A stretch of 63,390 nt of DNA, filler included, from Sphacelaria rigidula (GCA_964200075.2; 9 parts of 9 records of this genome joined end to end with filler, not necessarily neighbours in it), one strand, 5' to 3'; positions 36,090-49,072 are shown, counted from the whole stretch's first letter. Translations and numbers: made by a program. Notes: generated from the letters alone by a model not told the origin.

Positions 36090-39063
36090 TCAGCCCTGCT
36101 CTCCTGTTAATTGCTTAATTTTGTTTTGAACTTGGTCCGCCGGCCATCTCGAAACTCCGTCAGCCAGTACGTTGTCAATACCTCGAATGTGTTTTGCTAT
36201 GGAACACCAACCGGATGTGAGTTCCATACGACCCATCGTTCTCATGAGTAAGCCCGCGCGTCTATCGCGAGAACCCCCGCAGCGCTTCACCCACGATACT
36301 GCGGAGGCGCTGTCGCCCCGCATTAGCACTGTTCTCCTGGTTCTGTGGGTTTTTCTCCGAGAAACATCTGGACAACGCACGCCGCCATCATCATCCCGTA
36401 CAACTCTAAAAAATATATCGTAATGGAACAGCTTTCTCTGAATTTTGCTTTTCGGACTAGTTCCGACGTGAAGGTGGCGGGGAAAGTGTATCGCCAAAAC
36501 ATCTTCAGCTCAGGGAAGTATCCTCCAACCGCACCGAAACTGGCGTCCGAGAGATAGCGTCGTGCAGCCGGTCGATCTACCTGGGAAAACAGAGAGGCGC
36601 TGAGTGCTTCTCCTTGGTCAAGCAATTAATTGGTGATCGATTGCCCATTTCCAGAAAGAAATATCCCCGTGAAATTCCCACCCTAGTCTCAGTTGTTTTC
36701 TTTTGTCCTGGTTTCTGTGGCCCGCTTGATGTAAGCCAGATACTCGTAACAGCTGCCAAACAAAATACGTACCGGCTTGTACAACGTAGGTGAGGTTCCA
36801 CAATTTTCCGGCCACGCTTAGTATTTCAGCGACGGAAGCATGCGACCTGTCTTGGGGCCATTTTTGTTTCAACAATTCACGGATTGTTTTGTTTTTTTGG
36901 GTGGGTACGGAAATACGCATATTGTGCGCGTTGATCGTGTAACCCAACGCTTCCACGGTGGTGTCCCAATCGGTACTTTTCTTGGGTGCCAGGATGGGAG
37001 TTTTCCCGCGTTCGCCTGGTCCGAATAATCTCAGGTGGTCGGAAGCGAGAGACGTGGATGCTAGTAATGCTGACTAGTCCTCTTCATCGTGTTGTACTTT
37101 GGCTGGTATTAAATCGTCTACATAAACCACAGCAAAAAAGGGGTCGTCAGGTTGCCCCCCCTTCTACGGGATCACGCCAATGTCCGGCGGTACTGTCGTG
37201 GGTGGACCCACCTCCCACGGCGGGACTATTCGTACGTGCTCCATCATCCTCCTTCCTTCTTCTAGTATGTCTACATTGTTCGGAGTAGTACGGCAGTGAG
37301 AATGCTCAATGGCTTGCGAGAGCAGCCCCCAGAAGCCCGGGGACCCTGTTCAGCCGAAGGTCAGTCGAAAATCAGCTACTAAAATATCGTGGATCACGTA
37401 GCAGCACCTGTGCGCATGTTCTGCGGCTACGCGCACATTTCGGAAAACATTCGTTACATCGGCTTTTGACAAAAGGATCCGTTTGCAAGGGAATTTCTTT
37501 CGAAGCCGTAGGATTTCTTGTAATAATTGTGGCAGGGCCTCAGCGCAAAGACAACCTGGGATTTCATCGGGGTTGGTGACGGCATTCAGTCCTCCTTTCG
37601 TACCGGGTCTGGATGATGCGGACCTTACTGGTGACAACTGCTCCTAACGGGGCTACTCGCAGGTGCTCAATTTCGGGGGCCGCAGATCGATTGATGACCA
37701 GGCATCTGTTCCTCCTCACGTCTTCCGTCAGTTTTTCCCAGACATGTGAGGTGTGACCATCGATACTCCTGTGGTTCCCGTATTCGAGTGTTCGCCTCAG
37801 GTTCGGCGCGGTTGCTGTCGTGTCTATCGGTACACCGTGTTCAAGTATGTTCATAAGCTTTTCTATTTCCGGGAAACGTTTTACTTTTCCAAAATGGTGG
37901 TGGACTTCGCGGAGGTTCATCGGCGGTGACACCAGAGTGCCGCCGAGCCTTCCCGCTACGTCTCCAAGGTTCCCGCTGTACAATCTCATTGATTATGTGC
38001 ATGTCGCTGCCACTTCTTGGATGATCGGTTTTGTTTTGGATAATACTTGTGGTGCTGTCGAAATATCTTTTTTCTTGTCTTCCCAAAGTATTCGCAATCT
38101 TTCAATCGTGTTTTCCTTGTTGTGATGTGACCCTGCGCGAGACGTTGAAGACGTCGACCCGTCGTACATATCTATTTTACTTATGTTTTTCCCATCAAGC
38201 ACTGTTGGAGGAGGTTGGCGGGGAAATGACCTCGCTTCCTTTTCTATCCCGTAAATTGTACGTGCTTCGATTAGTCCATTCTGGTTCTGCATTCGGCTTG
38301 TACTACTACTTGGGACTGCCCCGACTTTTGGCGGGGGTTGAGGAGGAAATGACCTCGCAACTTTTCTTGTCTGGGTACTTGTGCGCGCTTCGGTCGTCCC
38401 ATTCTGGGTCGGCACTCGGCTTGCACACGCACTGGGGTCTCCCCCGGCTACAGATGGAAGGTGACGAGTAATTGACTTCGTTTCTTCTGTTTTTCGTGTA
38501 CTGATACTCGCTTTTTCTGACCCCTTCTGGGTCTGTACTCGACCTGTGCTCGTACTCGTGTTCGTTCCGGCGGTTACGCTTGCCGGACGATGTAGGAGCG
38601 TTTTTTTTTTTCTTTCTAGATTTATGGTAAATTTTCCTTTTTCAGGGTGTGCTATGCTACTGATGTCAACTTCGGTCGGGGTTGGGTTCATCTTGTGTTT
38701 TTCGGAGGTGTACCTGGTCGCGCGTAACGGTTGATTGAAACCTGCCGATTGATGTGTTGTTGCCGATTTTAGAGGCGAGTCATTGTTTCTTTTGACAATT
38801 TTTAGGCACTGTGGACTACCCACTGTCCTCTCGTCATATCCGATTGCACCTACGTTTTGGTCGATGAACCTGCGGGCACGTTGTGGGGGTGACGAGTTGA
38901 ACAGACGCGAATTCTTACGGCTATGCTTACTTGCGTTGCTACTCATGCGAGCTACTACTTTTTTCGATTGATGACACCTGCTATCCTCACCATATACCGC
39001 CGACTCATTTTTACTTTCTGCGTCGGTAACTCTAGCCTCACCGTGAAAGAAGTGCGGAGCCAC
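36090..39063 (-). pseudogene. pol: Reverse transcriptase / RNase H (DIRS-type pol) with multiple frameshifts and stops
   Basis: RT motifs: VAPLGAVVTSKVRII; LLSKADVTNVFRNVRV...FRLTFG*TGSPGFWG; AVVYVDD (37113-37124); EALGYTIN. RNase H motifs: LSDASFGAVGG, FLELYG, MRGDSASAVSW, HIRGIDNVLADGVSR. Confidence 0.93.
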
Positions 39064-39183
39064 CGACCCAGGGAGAGGTTGCTCCAGCGATGCCCACCGA
39101 CCTGCCTGGGTCAGTGAACGAGGGTGTGCTGGACCATGCTCCTTCCTGGTCGGCCCCGCCGCTACATGGCAGGGCCCGTACCC

Positions 39184-40714
39184 TCATCCACTCCCCGAGC
39201 GGGCTCCGCTCGCTCCGCTCGCTCCACCTCCCCTTGCTCCCCCGCTCCCGCCTCCTCCGTTCGCCGACTGTACGCCCCACCCCCCACCCCCGTTGCTAAA
39301 CTTCAATATCGACTTCTGAGGGTTGTTGCCAGCGCCGCTGCTACTTGACCCCTTACCGCCACCCATGGCTCCAGCTGTTCCGCCCGCAACGTCGGGGTGG
39401 GTCTCGTCGTGATTGGGGAACATGCACTTTGCTCCCCGCTTACAGCGTAAACCCTGCCAGCTCCGGAGGCAAACGCCCAGGGGCGGGGCCCACGAGGAGA
39501 CTTTCTCCGGAAGGTTCGTGAAGGGCATCGACAAGCCTGTGGGTGTAATGTACCCCGCGGGGAGGGTCTGCGGGGGTGTTGACGATGATGTGCGGGTCTT
39601 CTTGGTCTGACTCGGTGCCGGCGCTGTAGAAGTTGCGGTTGCGTGCTGCCTCCTTTTCGGCGTCGGTCGGGACTTGGGGTCCAGACCCAACCGTTGGCGG
39701 CCAATCCGGTTTAGCGGGTGACCGGTCTTTATCAGCTTCTTCACGCGTGCAAATGTCGGGGCTGGGCACGTGCCACCGTCGTTGTGATCCGGCGGGGCGA
39801 GGGGGTACGTTTGTCGAAGTGACGTCGCTACACGGTCTAGCTCGTTCATCCAATCTCTAAAATCGCTGTTTGCGTCTTCGATAAAGAATTCGCGTGACCA
39901 CTCCGCATGATCTTCAATCTGCGCCATATTTGAAGTGGCGAAGCGGTTTACTCGTTCGGCCAGGTCCTCCAGCTCGACGATTGTGTTGTTGTGGCGGCTT
40001 GTGGCCAGCGGTGACGCCCCAACCGCGCCGCCCTTGATGACGGCCACCAGTGTCTTGACAGTATACGCAAAATATACTTCCAGCCGTTGCGGTGAGTGAG
40101 CCGAACCCGTTGGGATCGGGGGGCCAAACTCCGAAAGGTCTAAACCCTCAAGCGCCTGTATCATGCGCGGCGTTTTATGGTGCACCGCCGCGACGTCTAG
40201 GCAGAGCGGTTTGAGATTTTCGTTCGACAGCGGGAAACTCTAGTTGTGCCCACCTCGCAGTACATACCATTTTGATACCAGAGGATTCGTCATCCAACTC
40301 GTCACCTGTTGCTTGGCGGCTTCATTCACTGCCCTGTTCTTCTTCGCCGTAATTACGTCCGGCGCCGCGGGTAGCGCCGTGGGTGCGAACCACTGTTGTG
40401 GGTTGTAGTATTGATACCCAAACGGCGGTACGGGGGCGCCCTGCGGCGGGAAGTGTTGCTGGGGTGGGAGTTGCTGCTGTTGATGCTGCTACTGAAGATG
40501 ATGGCCGTCTTGCGTGCGGTGCGGTTGCTGGTGTTGCGGCTGTGCCGCGCTGGTGCCGGCCTGTGGGGGTTGCTGATGCTGATGACCCTGCGGTTGGTGA
40601 AACTGCTGCTGCTGGAGGAGTGCCTGATGGAACTGTTGTTGCTGGTGAAGTGGCTGAGGTGGTTGCTGACCTTATTGCTGTTGTTGTGGCGGCTGCTGGC
40701 TGTGATGTTGCTGG

Positions 40715-40750
<36 letters not shown>

Positions 40751-41112
40751 TGATCTTGTTGTTGATGTGGCCCTTGATGTTGTTGCTGGTGCTGCTGATC
40801 TTGTGTGTTTGCCGCCTGTACGCTGAGTAAATGGTTTACTCCGTGTAACAATCGCTCAAGGCGCTGGTCGTGTCTCTGCACTGCCTGCCGAAGAGTCGCC
40901 ATCGGTGGCTCCCACGTATCTGCATTGCGTGTCGCATGTTGTTGTTGAGAGGCGGTTGCGCCCTGAGGTGCTCTCTGCGCTGTAGAGGGCGGTGGTCCTC
41001 TGGGCGGGGGCGGCTGTAGCACCGCTGATATTCTGTTGTCTGTCGCTGCTGAGGCAGCTGCTGCGGGCGCTGCTGTCGCGTGCGCAGGAGTCCCGCTTGT
41101 GGACTCGTCCAT
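39184..41112 (-). pseudogene. gag: Gag-like ORF1 with a poly-Gln tract and a C-terminal CCCH-type zinc finger
   Basis: ORFs 40672-41145 and 39184-40185 are linked through frameshifts and stops. The motif CLRSWQGLRCKRGAKCMFPNH is C-x8-C-x5-C-x4-H. Confidence 0.75.
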
Positions 41113-41667
41113 GTCAAAATTGATTCGAAAACGTTCGAGAACCACTACTCGTACTGTACGTGACTGTCTTGCACCGGTGACTGTTCGTTGCCTTGCTCAA
41201 GATTGCCGAGCGCGGAGTGCTTTTTGGGCTTGGGAACTGAAGATGACTGAGAAGTGTGGGTACCTATTTCTGTTCTCTCACGGTGACCCCTAGCATCCTT
41301 TTCGGGCGTCATCCACCACTCCGTGACCTCATCCTATAATTCGTCATCCGCCAAACACAAACCTCGGATTTCTTCGAAATCTTACCCATACGATATTTCA
41401 ACATATCGATCTCAAGACGTCGATAGCGATACTTTTTTCGATACAACAGCCTGGAATCGTTATTGAGGTTCAACCTTTTTATGAGGTTTAACGGACCATG
41501 GAAATTCCATTTACTTTGTTCAAAAGGCTCGGGAGTCGCAACCGGTCTCGACCACGTGCCCCTAATTCAGAAGTTTCTGCACTGGAGCGAAAGTATGATG
41601 GTGTGCAGTCCAACCGAAAAGCCGCCCAAATTCATTGTGCCGCATCTATTGAGCAGAGGTGGGTTTA

Positions 41668-42001
41668 CTACTCGGTAGTTGACAGATATTTCTCGGAAAT
41701 TTATGATTTGTGCAGGTGCTGGTGCATTTCGAATAACACTAACACTAACGCTAACGCTAACACTAACCCTAACCCCAACGAAGACATACCGAGAACCCTC
41801 GGGCAAGGGGTTTGCAACATGTTCCCTAGGCGAAGTGTGCGGGCGCCGATTTAGACAAAAACGCGTTCTGCGCACGCTAGAAGCACGCCAGGATCATAGC
41901 CCCCTCCAAAGATCCGGATTTCGGTGTTCATACTAAAATCCAATACTGCACCTGTCCACAAACCGGAAATTTCCGAGAACTATCTGTCAACTACCGAGTG
42001 G
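41668..42001. mobile_element. TA-flanked MITE containing telomere-like (CTAACN)n repeats
   Basis: TA|CTACTCGGTAGTTGACAGATA...TATCTGTCAACTACCGAGTGG|TA, with arms of about 60 bp and an internal CTAACA/CTAACG/CTAACC run at 41733-41778. Confidence 0.85.
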
Positions 42002-42049
42002 TACACACGCGGCCATTCGGCTCCTCTTTGGAAATCCTCTATCGTGATT

Positions 42050-42228
42050 TTCATCCTCTGGAGGGTAAATGACCCTCTGGAGGGTAAAATACCCCCTAGA
42101 GTTGTTTCATCCCTCTGGAATGGACATACACGAATCCTCTGGAGGGAATCTGATGCTCCAGTGAATTCTGAGGTCTGAATACCCTGTAGGGGTGTTTCAT
42201 CCCTCTGGAATGGACATAAACGAATCCT
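42050..42228. repeat. Short tandem/subterminal repeats (CCTCTGGA core)
   Basis: At least five CCTCTGGA motifs and a duplicated TGTTTCATCCCTCTGGAATGGACATA run to the contig end. Confidence 0.7.
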
Positions 42229-42707
42229 NNNNNNNNNNNNNNNNNNNNNNNNNNNNNNNNNNNNNNNNNNNNTTAATTAATTAANNNNNNNNNNNNNNNN
42301 NNNNNNNNNNNNNNNNNNNNNNNNNNNNGGGATGCCCTGGCCCATATCCTTGTGTGTCTAGAATCGTTAGGAGCCCCTGAACCAGACAAAATTTCGCGAA
42401 AAAAGTGCACCCCTACCGTGGCATTGCCCGAGGCAAAGAGTGTGCTGGCAGATTTCTGGACGAGAACGCGTTCTTCTTCGCACGCTTGGAGCACCTGGGA
42501 CTGCAAGCCCCACTTAAGATGCGAACATCAGCTTTCACACTCTAGTCTGGTAGCGAAAATCGGGGAAAGTGGTACAGTAGTATCTGCTAAAATTTTCCTT
42601 TCGATAAGCACGGCTGGTGGTTTCTATTGATGGCTGGGTTCAACTTTTCAAGGTTCAAAGGCAAGTTTTCGCCTCAAAACGTTTCTCCCGATAAGGTGCG
42701 GCCTTAA

Positions 42708-42809
42708 ACCTTCGACCGCAAGGGTAGGCCACCTGCTGAACCGGCATCAATATTCACGTGGAAATAGTATGCTTGATCCAGATGGACTACCCACACTGCG
42801 GTCTAAGGG
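42708..42809 (+). mobile_element. ~100-bp piggyBac-like MITE, solo copy in a different contig
   Basis: TTAA|ACCTTCGACCGC...GCGGTCTAAGGG|TTAA, with the same core as 15218-15320. Confidence 0.9.
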
Positions 42810-45800
42810 TTAAACGTTCTTGCTGCATACAGGATTTCCGGAAAGACTCAAAATTAGTGTCGCGGGCAGAAACACTCGGGATGATCGCGGGAATGTCGCC
42901 GTCTCGACAGCGCGCCTGACAAGAGGTAGGATTCAGAGAAGCACTAGAGCAGTCGCGGGGAATATGCGTTCTTGACGCATCAGCCAGTCCTTGAACACCG
43001 ACTGCAAAACACAGCATCAATTGTGAGCCATTAGTGCCGGGCGGTGGTCCCGAATCCCGCGACATCGGTCAGAAGTGGATTTGGGGTCATTTTGGCTGTT
43101 TGAACTTGTGTGTTCACTACTTGCTTCAAGTGCGGTCTGTACTGACTGTTTAGAGTACTAGATGTATGATACAGCACCAGATCTTCGGAGCAACTGACAT
43201 TAGTACATGAACAGTGGTGGGAATCCAGACACCTTGCTACAGTCAGTCACGTGTCTCAAGCAAGTAGCCAATCTCACGACGGTGTGCATGTCACGGCATC
43301 TGTGCTGCGAGCTATACGTTCGTCTAGTTGTACTTATCCCATGTGTCATCAGATGCAATTCGAAACCAAGCGGACAAACTCTGAACTGAAGTGCAACCGT
43401 GTCACGAATGACCACCCGTCCCAATGCCTCACCCGTACTGCTCGCCGCCTCTTTCGGCAATGATACGATCGCTCCACAGTAATGACGGGCGTAACGTTAG
43501 CCTGCCGGTGCTCCCAGCTGCTGTCCTCGAAACATGCGCTACACGACTCCCGCACTATATGAGCAGCAGGAGCGACAGCAGGAGCGACAGCAAACAAGGT
43601 GGGCTACAAATACGAATGCGACTAGCGGCGTAACACCATTCGGAAAACCCTCCACCCTCATTGTATTATGTGCAGTGTGCTGGCACGTGATATCGCACCG
43701 GAGATCACATCTTTATGTCTGGATCAAGTCGAGGCTGTGCCCTCGGGTCGTGGTCGAGATATTGGGCTCTTATTGGACGCGTTCTTTCGCTCGCCGTGTG
43801 ATATCTCAGACCTGCGTGCAGCAGGACGAGAGAATGTGCGTCTACCGCGCTCTCTCGCCATCGATCAGTCGGAGGCATTCGATCTCTTGGCATTCATTGC
43901 AGATATGGTTTACTATAGTTGCGAGCTCTTGACGAATGATGTACGCGTAAACTGAGCGTAAACACGCGTTTTTACTGCATGCGTTGTTTTCTCAGTCAGC
44001 CGCACCGTTGCGGGAAATTACCGTACCTTTTGTTTTGGTCATGATCCGGTGAAAAATCAGATCTAATCATGGTTGAAAACTTTCGACCGCGTAACTCGGG
44101 AGACATCGCTATCGGTTCTACTGACTGTGCGCTCAAAGCTCCAAGAGACAAACAGCAACGTGAGAGGGGGGACAAGACGGCAAAGGGGGGTCGGAAGATA
44201 GACGGGAAAATAAAAAGGCAGTTACGATCGTCCGAGAAACGAAGAGACTGGCCGACAAAAGAGTACAGCAGTGAAAAGTGTGTGAAATTCGAAAACTTTT
44301 CCGAAAGGGAAAGCGTATAGCGAACGACACCAGACGCCTCCGTCACTCGCAAGCTTATCAATTGGTGGATGTCCGCTTGGGCACAGCCGAGGAGACTTAG
44401 TTTTCTGCTTCCTCGATAACTCAATCGCTCGTGGCAAAAAGAAAGAGACTAGGTTAGTTCGACGTTTCCATCCACCACGGACCGCTCCTGTGACCAGTCG
44501 GTGCGTTCGGTCGCGGACGGGATCACTTCATATCAGCTGCGGCGTGCGACGGCCCAGGTAACACATCACCAACCACCCTCGTAATACGTCGAGACACGTT
44601 CACAGTGCCCAAGGGCCATCAAAGGGTTGTACGGCACAGACTGGGCAGAGGCTAGTCAGAGAGACTGGTTTACGGCATCATGCCACGCGGTGGGAGGGGG
44701 AGGGGGCGGGGGCGTCGGCGGCAGGGCGGCAGCACCGGTACTCCGGTGAGTGTTGACGGTTGTTGGCAGTTGTTCTCTCTACAGTCGTTCGGGGGGTCAG
44801 TCTTTCGGAGCCCTATTCATCATCCTGGTGAACGAAAGGCAGGGAATATGAATGCTCGAGGACTATCATGGGTATGTGAAATTTATTCGCCAAGATCCAA
44901 GTACAAAAGCGTTGCAGTATAAGCAACACAGCGTGTCAAATGCGGGGGGTCATCACCGCACTGCTCCCACCTTTAGACCACTACAATGGTTGAAGGGGGT
45001 GTGGATGTATTTGCCGCAAGTGGCGTCGCGGGACAGCGTTATCGGGTCCACTTTTTAATATTCTCGTGCAAGATATCAAATGGGTTGTCGTGGCGGAGGT
45101 TACTTCACAGTATACACTGTATACAGGCCGTGTGTGAGTTACAGAGCGTGGACGAATGACACGGATATGTGCAAGCGCACTTCGTTAACTTTCTACTCGG
45201 GTAGATCGAACACACTACATGAACCCTCACGCTATCCCTAACCTTGGCCCATACATCTCTGCCAGTGGCGCGAATCGGCGCCACACAAACGCCAAATAAC
45301 TCCCATGCCAGACATTCTTGATGGTTCACTTGTTCGCTACTAACCTTCGAAACTTGAGTACAGAGCTGTTATAGATATCTATACATCACAGCACGCACCT
45401 CCGCAGCAAGTTGACTCCCCGGTTCAAGGATGGAGCAGTTATTTTTCATCGGAAACCGTCACCCATTAGAGCGTATTCATGTGCTTTTTTTATCGAATCC
45501 ACCATCAATCCAACAGTCAATCTTTCCTCTTTGTCTGTTTGTACTCTGTTTGTACGCAAAGGCCAACAGATACATACTAAAATAGTTGCGTGTTTTGACA
45601 ACGATGGGTCTCTAGCTGTCCCGTGAGACCGTGTCTTCGTTCAGGCATCATAACGCGGGTGTATTCAAACGTTGCGAACACTGCAGTAGATTCATCTATC
45701 TATGATTTCAAACGTACTGACGCAGAATTCCATTGCCTGTACTCTTTACATCCCGCTAGTGCGTCACATGAAAGCGCACCTACCTCATGACTCCATGGTT

Positions 45801-46056
45801 CGGTGGTCCCGGTCATCTCCCACGCAAAATATATCGATCGCGTCGAATTATTGAACGGGGTTTTGCGGCAGCTACGCCGCACGACCGCGGCGAGTACCGC
45901 GCCTGGAACCGAGTGGTTGACACGATTAATTTACTCGAACTGAACGTGTCAACGCTGGATGCGTTTGTTCTGCACGGCAATGTTGACCGTATGCAGAGCG
46001 TGTGCCGCCTCGTTGGGTCAACCTCGACTCGTTCCCTCGCATCCATGAGCGATTGC

Positions 46057-46495
46057 TATTGTAATGCGTCAGAGGACCGCGTGCTTAGAGGATCGCATCG
46101 GAATTTGAACATCCCCATTGTAATGCGTCAGAGGACCACGTGCTTAGAGGACCGCGCCGTAGTTCAAAACACCTCACGATCGATTTTTTTCGAAACCAAT
46201 CGGGCCAGTCCCTGCAGGTACCACGCCCCTGACCATAAACCTAACACTAACCCTGACCCTAACCATAGGGATCTTCAAATTCCGATGCGGTCCTCTAAGC
46301 ACGCGGTCCTCTCACGCATGAATATATTATACCTATTGGTAGGGTCAGGGTTTCGGTTAGGTTTAGTGTTGGGGTTAGGGTCAGGGGCGTGGTCCCTGCA
46401 GGGACTAGCCCGATTGGTTTTGAAAAACGTCGATCCTAAGGTGTTTTGAACTGGGATGCGGTCCCTTAAGCACCCGGTTCTTTCAAGCATTACAG
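46057..46495. mobile_element. Telomere-repeat-bearing MITE with an inverted copy of itself nested at 46117-46324. A third copy lies at 46896-47066
   Basis: The TIR is TGTAATGCG..AGAGGACCGCGTGCTTAGAGGA. The internal GGGTTAGGGTCAGGG and CCCTGCAGGGAC motifs are in opposite orientation in the inner and outer copies. Confidence 0.8.
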
Positions 46496-47589
46496 CTATG
46501 CCAACCGATTCCGCGCTTTACCCTCCTGGTCGTGTCGGCATGCGGGACGATCTTGACAGTCAATACTGTCGAGGCCTGACAAAAAGCCCCCCTGGGCATC
46601 CGCGTGTGAGATTGGGGTGGAATAAACGGTTCGTGAGCGCACCCCGCGGCGCTGTCCACACACACACGAGCATCGTGTAAGCCGGAAGAAATAGGTTTTT
46701 GTTTGGAAAAATCGCGTTCGAACAGGCCTCGTACGATCTTGCTAAGCATACGTGCGGCAATGTTGGCATTGCGACGAAAGTATCTTTTGCTCCTACGCAC
46801 GCCTTACTGTTGTCCGTTTGCACACGGATTGGGCGATCGCCTCTGCGCCTGTCGTCGATTTCATAGCTATCGGATATACGGCAGGAAAGAGGGTGTATTG
46901 TAATGTGCGAGAGGACCGCATGCTTAGAGGACCGCATTGGAACTTAAACACCCCATGGTTAGGGTCAGGATCAGGAGCATCCCTGCAGGGACTGACCCGA
47001 TTAGTCTTGGAGAACGTCGATCCTGGGGTGTTTTGAACTATAATACGACTCCCACGCATTACAGTACGACCAGTGTCGAAGGTGTAATTGGTTACCACTG
47101 CAACTAGTACGCCATTGTGGAATCAAGGCAAGGAAAAAATTGGCTCGACATACGCCATGAATAATCCCCATTTTTCTGCGGAAGGCTTTTACCAGACTTC
47201 TGGCGTCAATTCACGCTACGTCTTTCCCTGTTTTCGAATACCTCACAAACTCCACCGGTTGGTTTACACTGCTGTCCACAACCTATTGCCCGAAATCAAA
47301 TGCAATGATTCTGTGCAGCAGATCTAACGTTTTCCGCGAAGTTGACCTGGATGACGGAATATTCAATCATGGAACTTTCAAGAAACTCATTGGTGCCCTT
47401 ACTCTTGACAACCCTACGTCGAGCTGACTTTAAATGCCATGGCATCTATCGAGGCTACGAAATTGGTTATTTCGGTAGTCCTCTCCTTTTTTCTGTAGCC
47501 GTCACCAATCATTATCAGTTTACTGATGTTTGCAACCTCAGCGAATGTTCTCGACTTGGAAACATTAACAGATATACGGTGCATGCTGC

Positions 47590-47850
47590 CATCTCATCTA
47601 TTCTGGATCCCAGTCTACACGTTCGGTATATGTGGGTGCATCAGCCGGGGAAACACAGGAGAAAGACCGACGCAGGATTTTTTTCCTCTCGTCTTTTGCT
47701 TCAGCACTCGACCGTGCTTCTGCGGTGCTTGCCTTTTTTTATCGCGAGAGAGATTTAGCGGTCCTTTTCCCCCGTCGACTGTGGAATCGAATTTTGTGCA
47801 CCGACGACATAGTCGGGCGCACCTTGTGAGATAAATCCCAGATCGTGTGT
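47590..47850 (-). mobile_element. Headless copy of the tRNA-derived SINE. Another fragment lies at ~62905-63000
   Basis: Shares TTCGGTATATGTGGG.GCA.CAGCCGGGG..ACACAGGAG and AAATCCCAGATCG with 48725-49072. Confidence 0.8.
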
Positions 47851-48342
47851 CTGCACCAACATTAGACATTAGTTCCGTAAGCCCGTTTTTTTTCCAATCT
47901 AAGCTCTGTTTTTCATATATATAGGCTTTCCCCCCTTGTTTTATGCCCCATTTAAAGCTTTTTTCAGCGAAAATATGCGTACTTCATGCGCCCCCTTCGC
48001 GTCCTTGTTGAGGCGTTGTGACAGTATCCCCTCACGAGGCGCGCCTTCTAGCATGAGGAGAAGACGACAATTTAGGTATTTGAAGTTTTAAAATTTGTCT
48101 TCAATTGAAAAATGGAACTTTCCTCCGATCTTTGAGTTTGAACGCCACCCCAAACCACCTATCGAAGCAACGTGTCCGCACTACCTACACTCATGATACA
48201 TGATGCAGGAGTGGGTCATTGCAGCCTCTTGACACAGGATATTGCAGCCTTTGGCCACTCGCCCGGCAATAAGCTTCAAGCTACAAGTTATCGCCCGCGC
48301 CCCCCCCCCATCATCTACCATCAGTCGAGATTTAAAATCGTG

Positions 48343-48685
48343 TCAAGTTTTCCTACTCCGATTGTACTTGAGCATAACCGCGGCTTCGATCCGGTCACCT
48401 AGCGCCCTCTCCTGGCGGGAATCCAAACACCCCCTCAAAATGGAAAACGCTCGCTCCATAAACGCGGACGATGGCTGAATAAGTACGGTATCCATCGTCA
48501 CGAGATACCAAGTGCGAGGCCTTGTTTTGTTATCGTCCCAAAACGACAGCAAAACGGAATTTGAGTGCGCGCCCTAAACCGCGACCAAAAAGTCATGCTT
48601 CTCGGACAAAAGGCCCGCCATGATCTCGGGGGTCACGCAGGGGAAAACAGCAAGCTGGCGGGCCTCCTCCACGGTGTAGCCTGTA
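48343..48685 (-). pseudogene. hAT transposase C-terminal dimerisation-domain remnant
   Basis: LLSFWDDNKTRPRTWYLVTMDTVLIQPSSAFMERAFSILRGCLDSRQERALGDRIEAAVMLKYN fits the hATC W..PSSA..ER.FS pattern. There is an in-frame stop upstream and a possible TAG terminus at 47870. Confidence 0.85.
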
Positions 48686-48724
48686 CGCTGCTTAATATAC
48701 ACGAAATCGATGAGCTAACATTGT

Positions 48725-49072
48725 AGGTTGTGTGTGTTGACGCCCCATCTATTCTGGGCGCCGGGCTACACCTTTCGGTATATGTGGGCGCACCAGCCGG
48801 GGTCACACAGGAGGAAGGTCAACACAGGAGCTTTTATTTTTATTTATTTTAATACCCCACCTTCCTTCTGCGGTGCTTTCCGTTCCCTAGGAGTTCAGCA
48901 GTCCCTTTCCCTCGTCGACTGATAGGTCGATTTTTATGTACCCACGACATGGTCGCTCTCCAATGTTGGGACATGGTGTGAGAAAAAATCCCAGATCGCT
49001 CCGAAAATTGAACCCACGACGCAACCGTCAGAAGGTTTCGAGGTTACGAACTGAGCCACCGGGGCGACCGGC
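48725..49072 (-). mobile_element. Full-length tRNA-derived SINE. Heads also at 49383-49484 and 56437-56482
   Basis: The minus-strand head GCCGGTCGCCCCGGTGGCTCAGTT... carries an A box, and the 49.4 kb copy shows the B box GGTTCGATTCCC. A ~270-bp non-tRNA body follows, and copies are dispersed and diverged. Confidence 0.88.

Larger units (their letters stand above)
35300..41300 (-). mobile_element. Tyrosine-recombinase retrotransposon (DIRS order, Ngaro-like), pseudogenised, 3' end missing
   Basis: Domain order gag - RT - RNase H - YR on one strand. No DDE integrase, protease or methyltransferase was seen. Confidence 0.92.

Noticed and set aside
40383..40830. Poly-Leu and poly-Ala hydrophobic ORFs on the plus strand (also 53199-53420)
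   Set aside because: They are antisense or alternative frames of the gag poly-Gln tract and of microsatellites.
44852..45058. Possible integrase HHCC fragment (HSVSNAGGHH)
   Set aside because: No downstream CxxC or DDE core could be traced, so the match is too weak.
48995..49072. tRNA gene (also 49405-49484 and 56437-56482)
   Set aside because: The copies are diverged, the cloverleaf is imperfect and each joins a shared non-tRNA body where visible. These are SINE heads.
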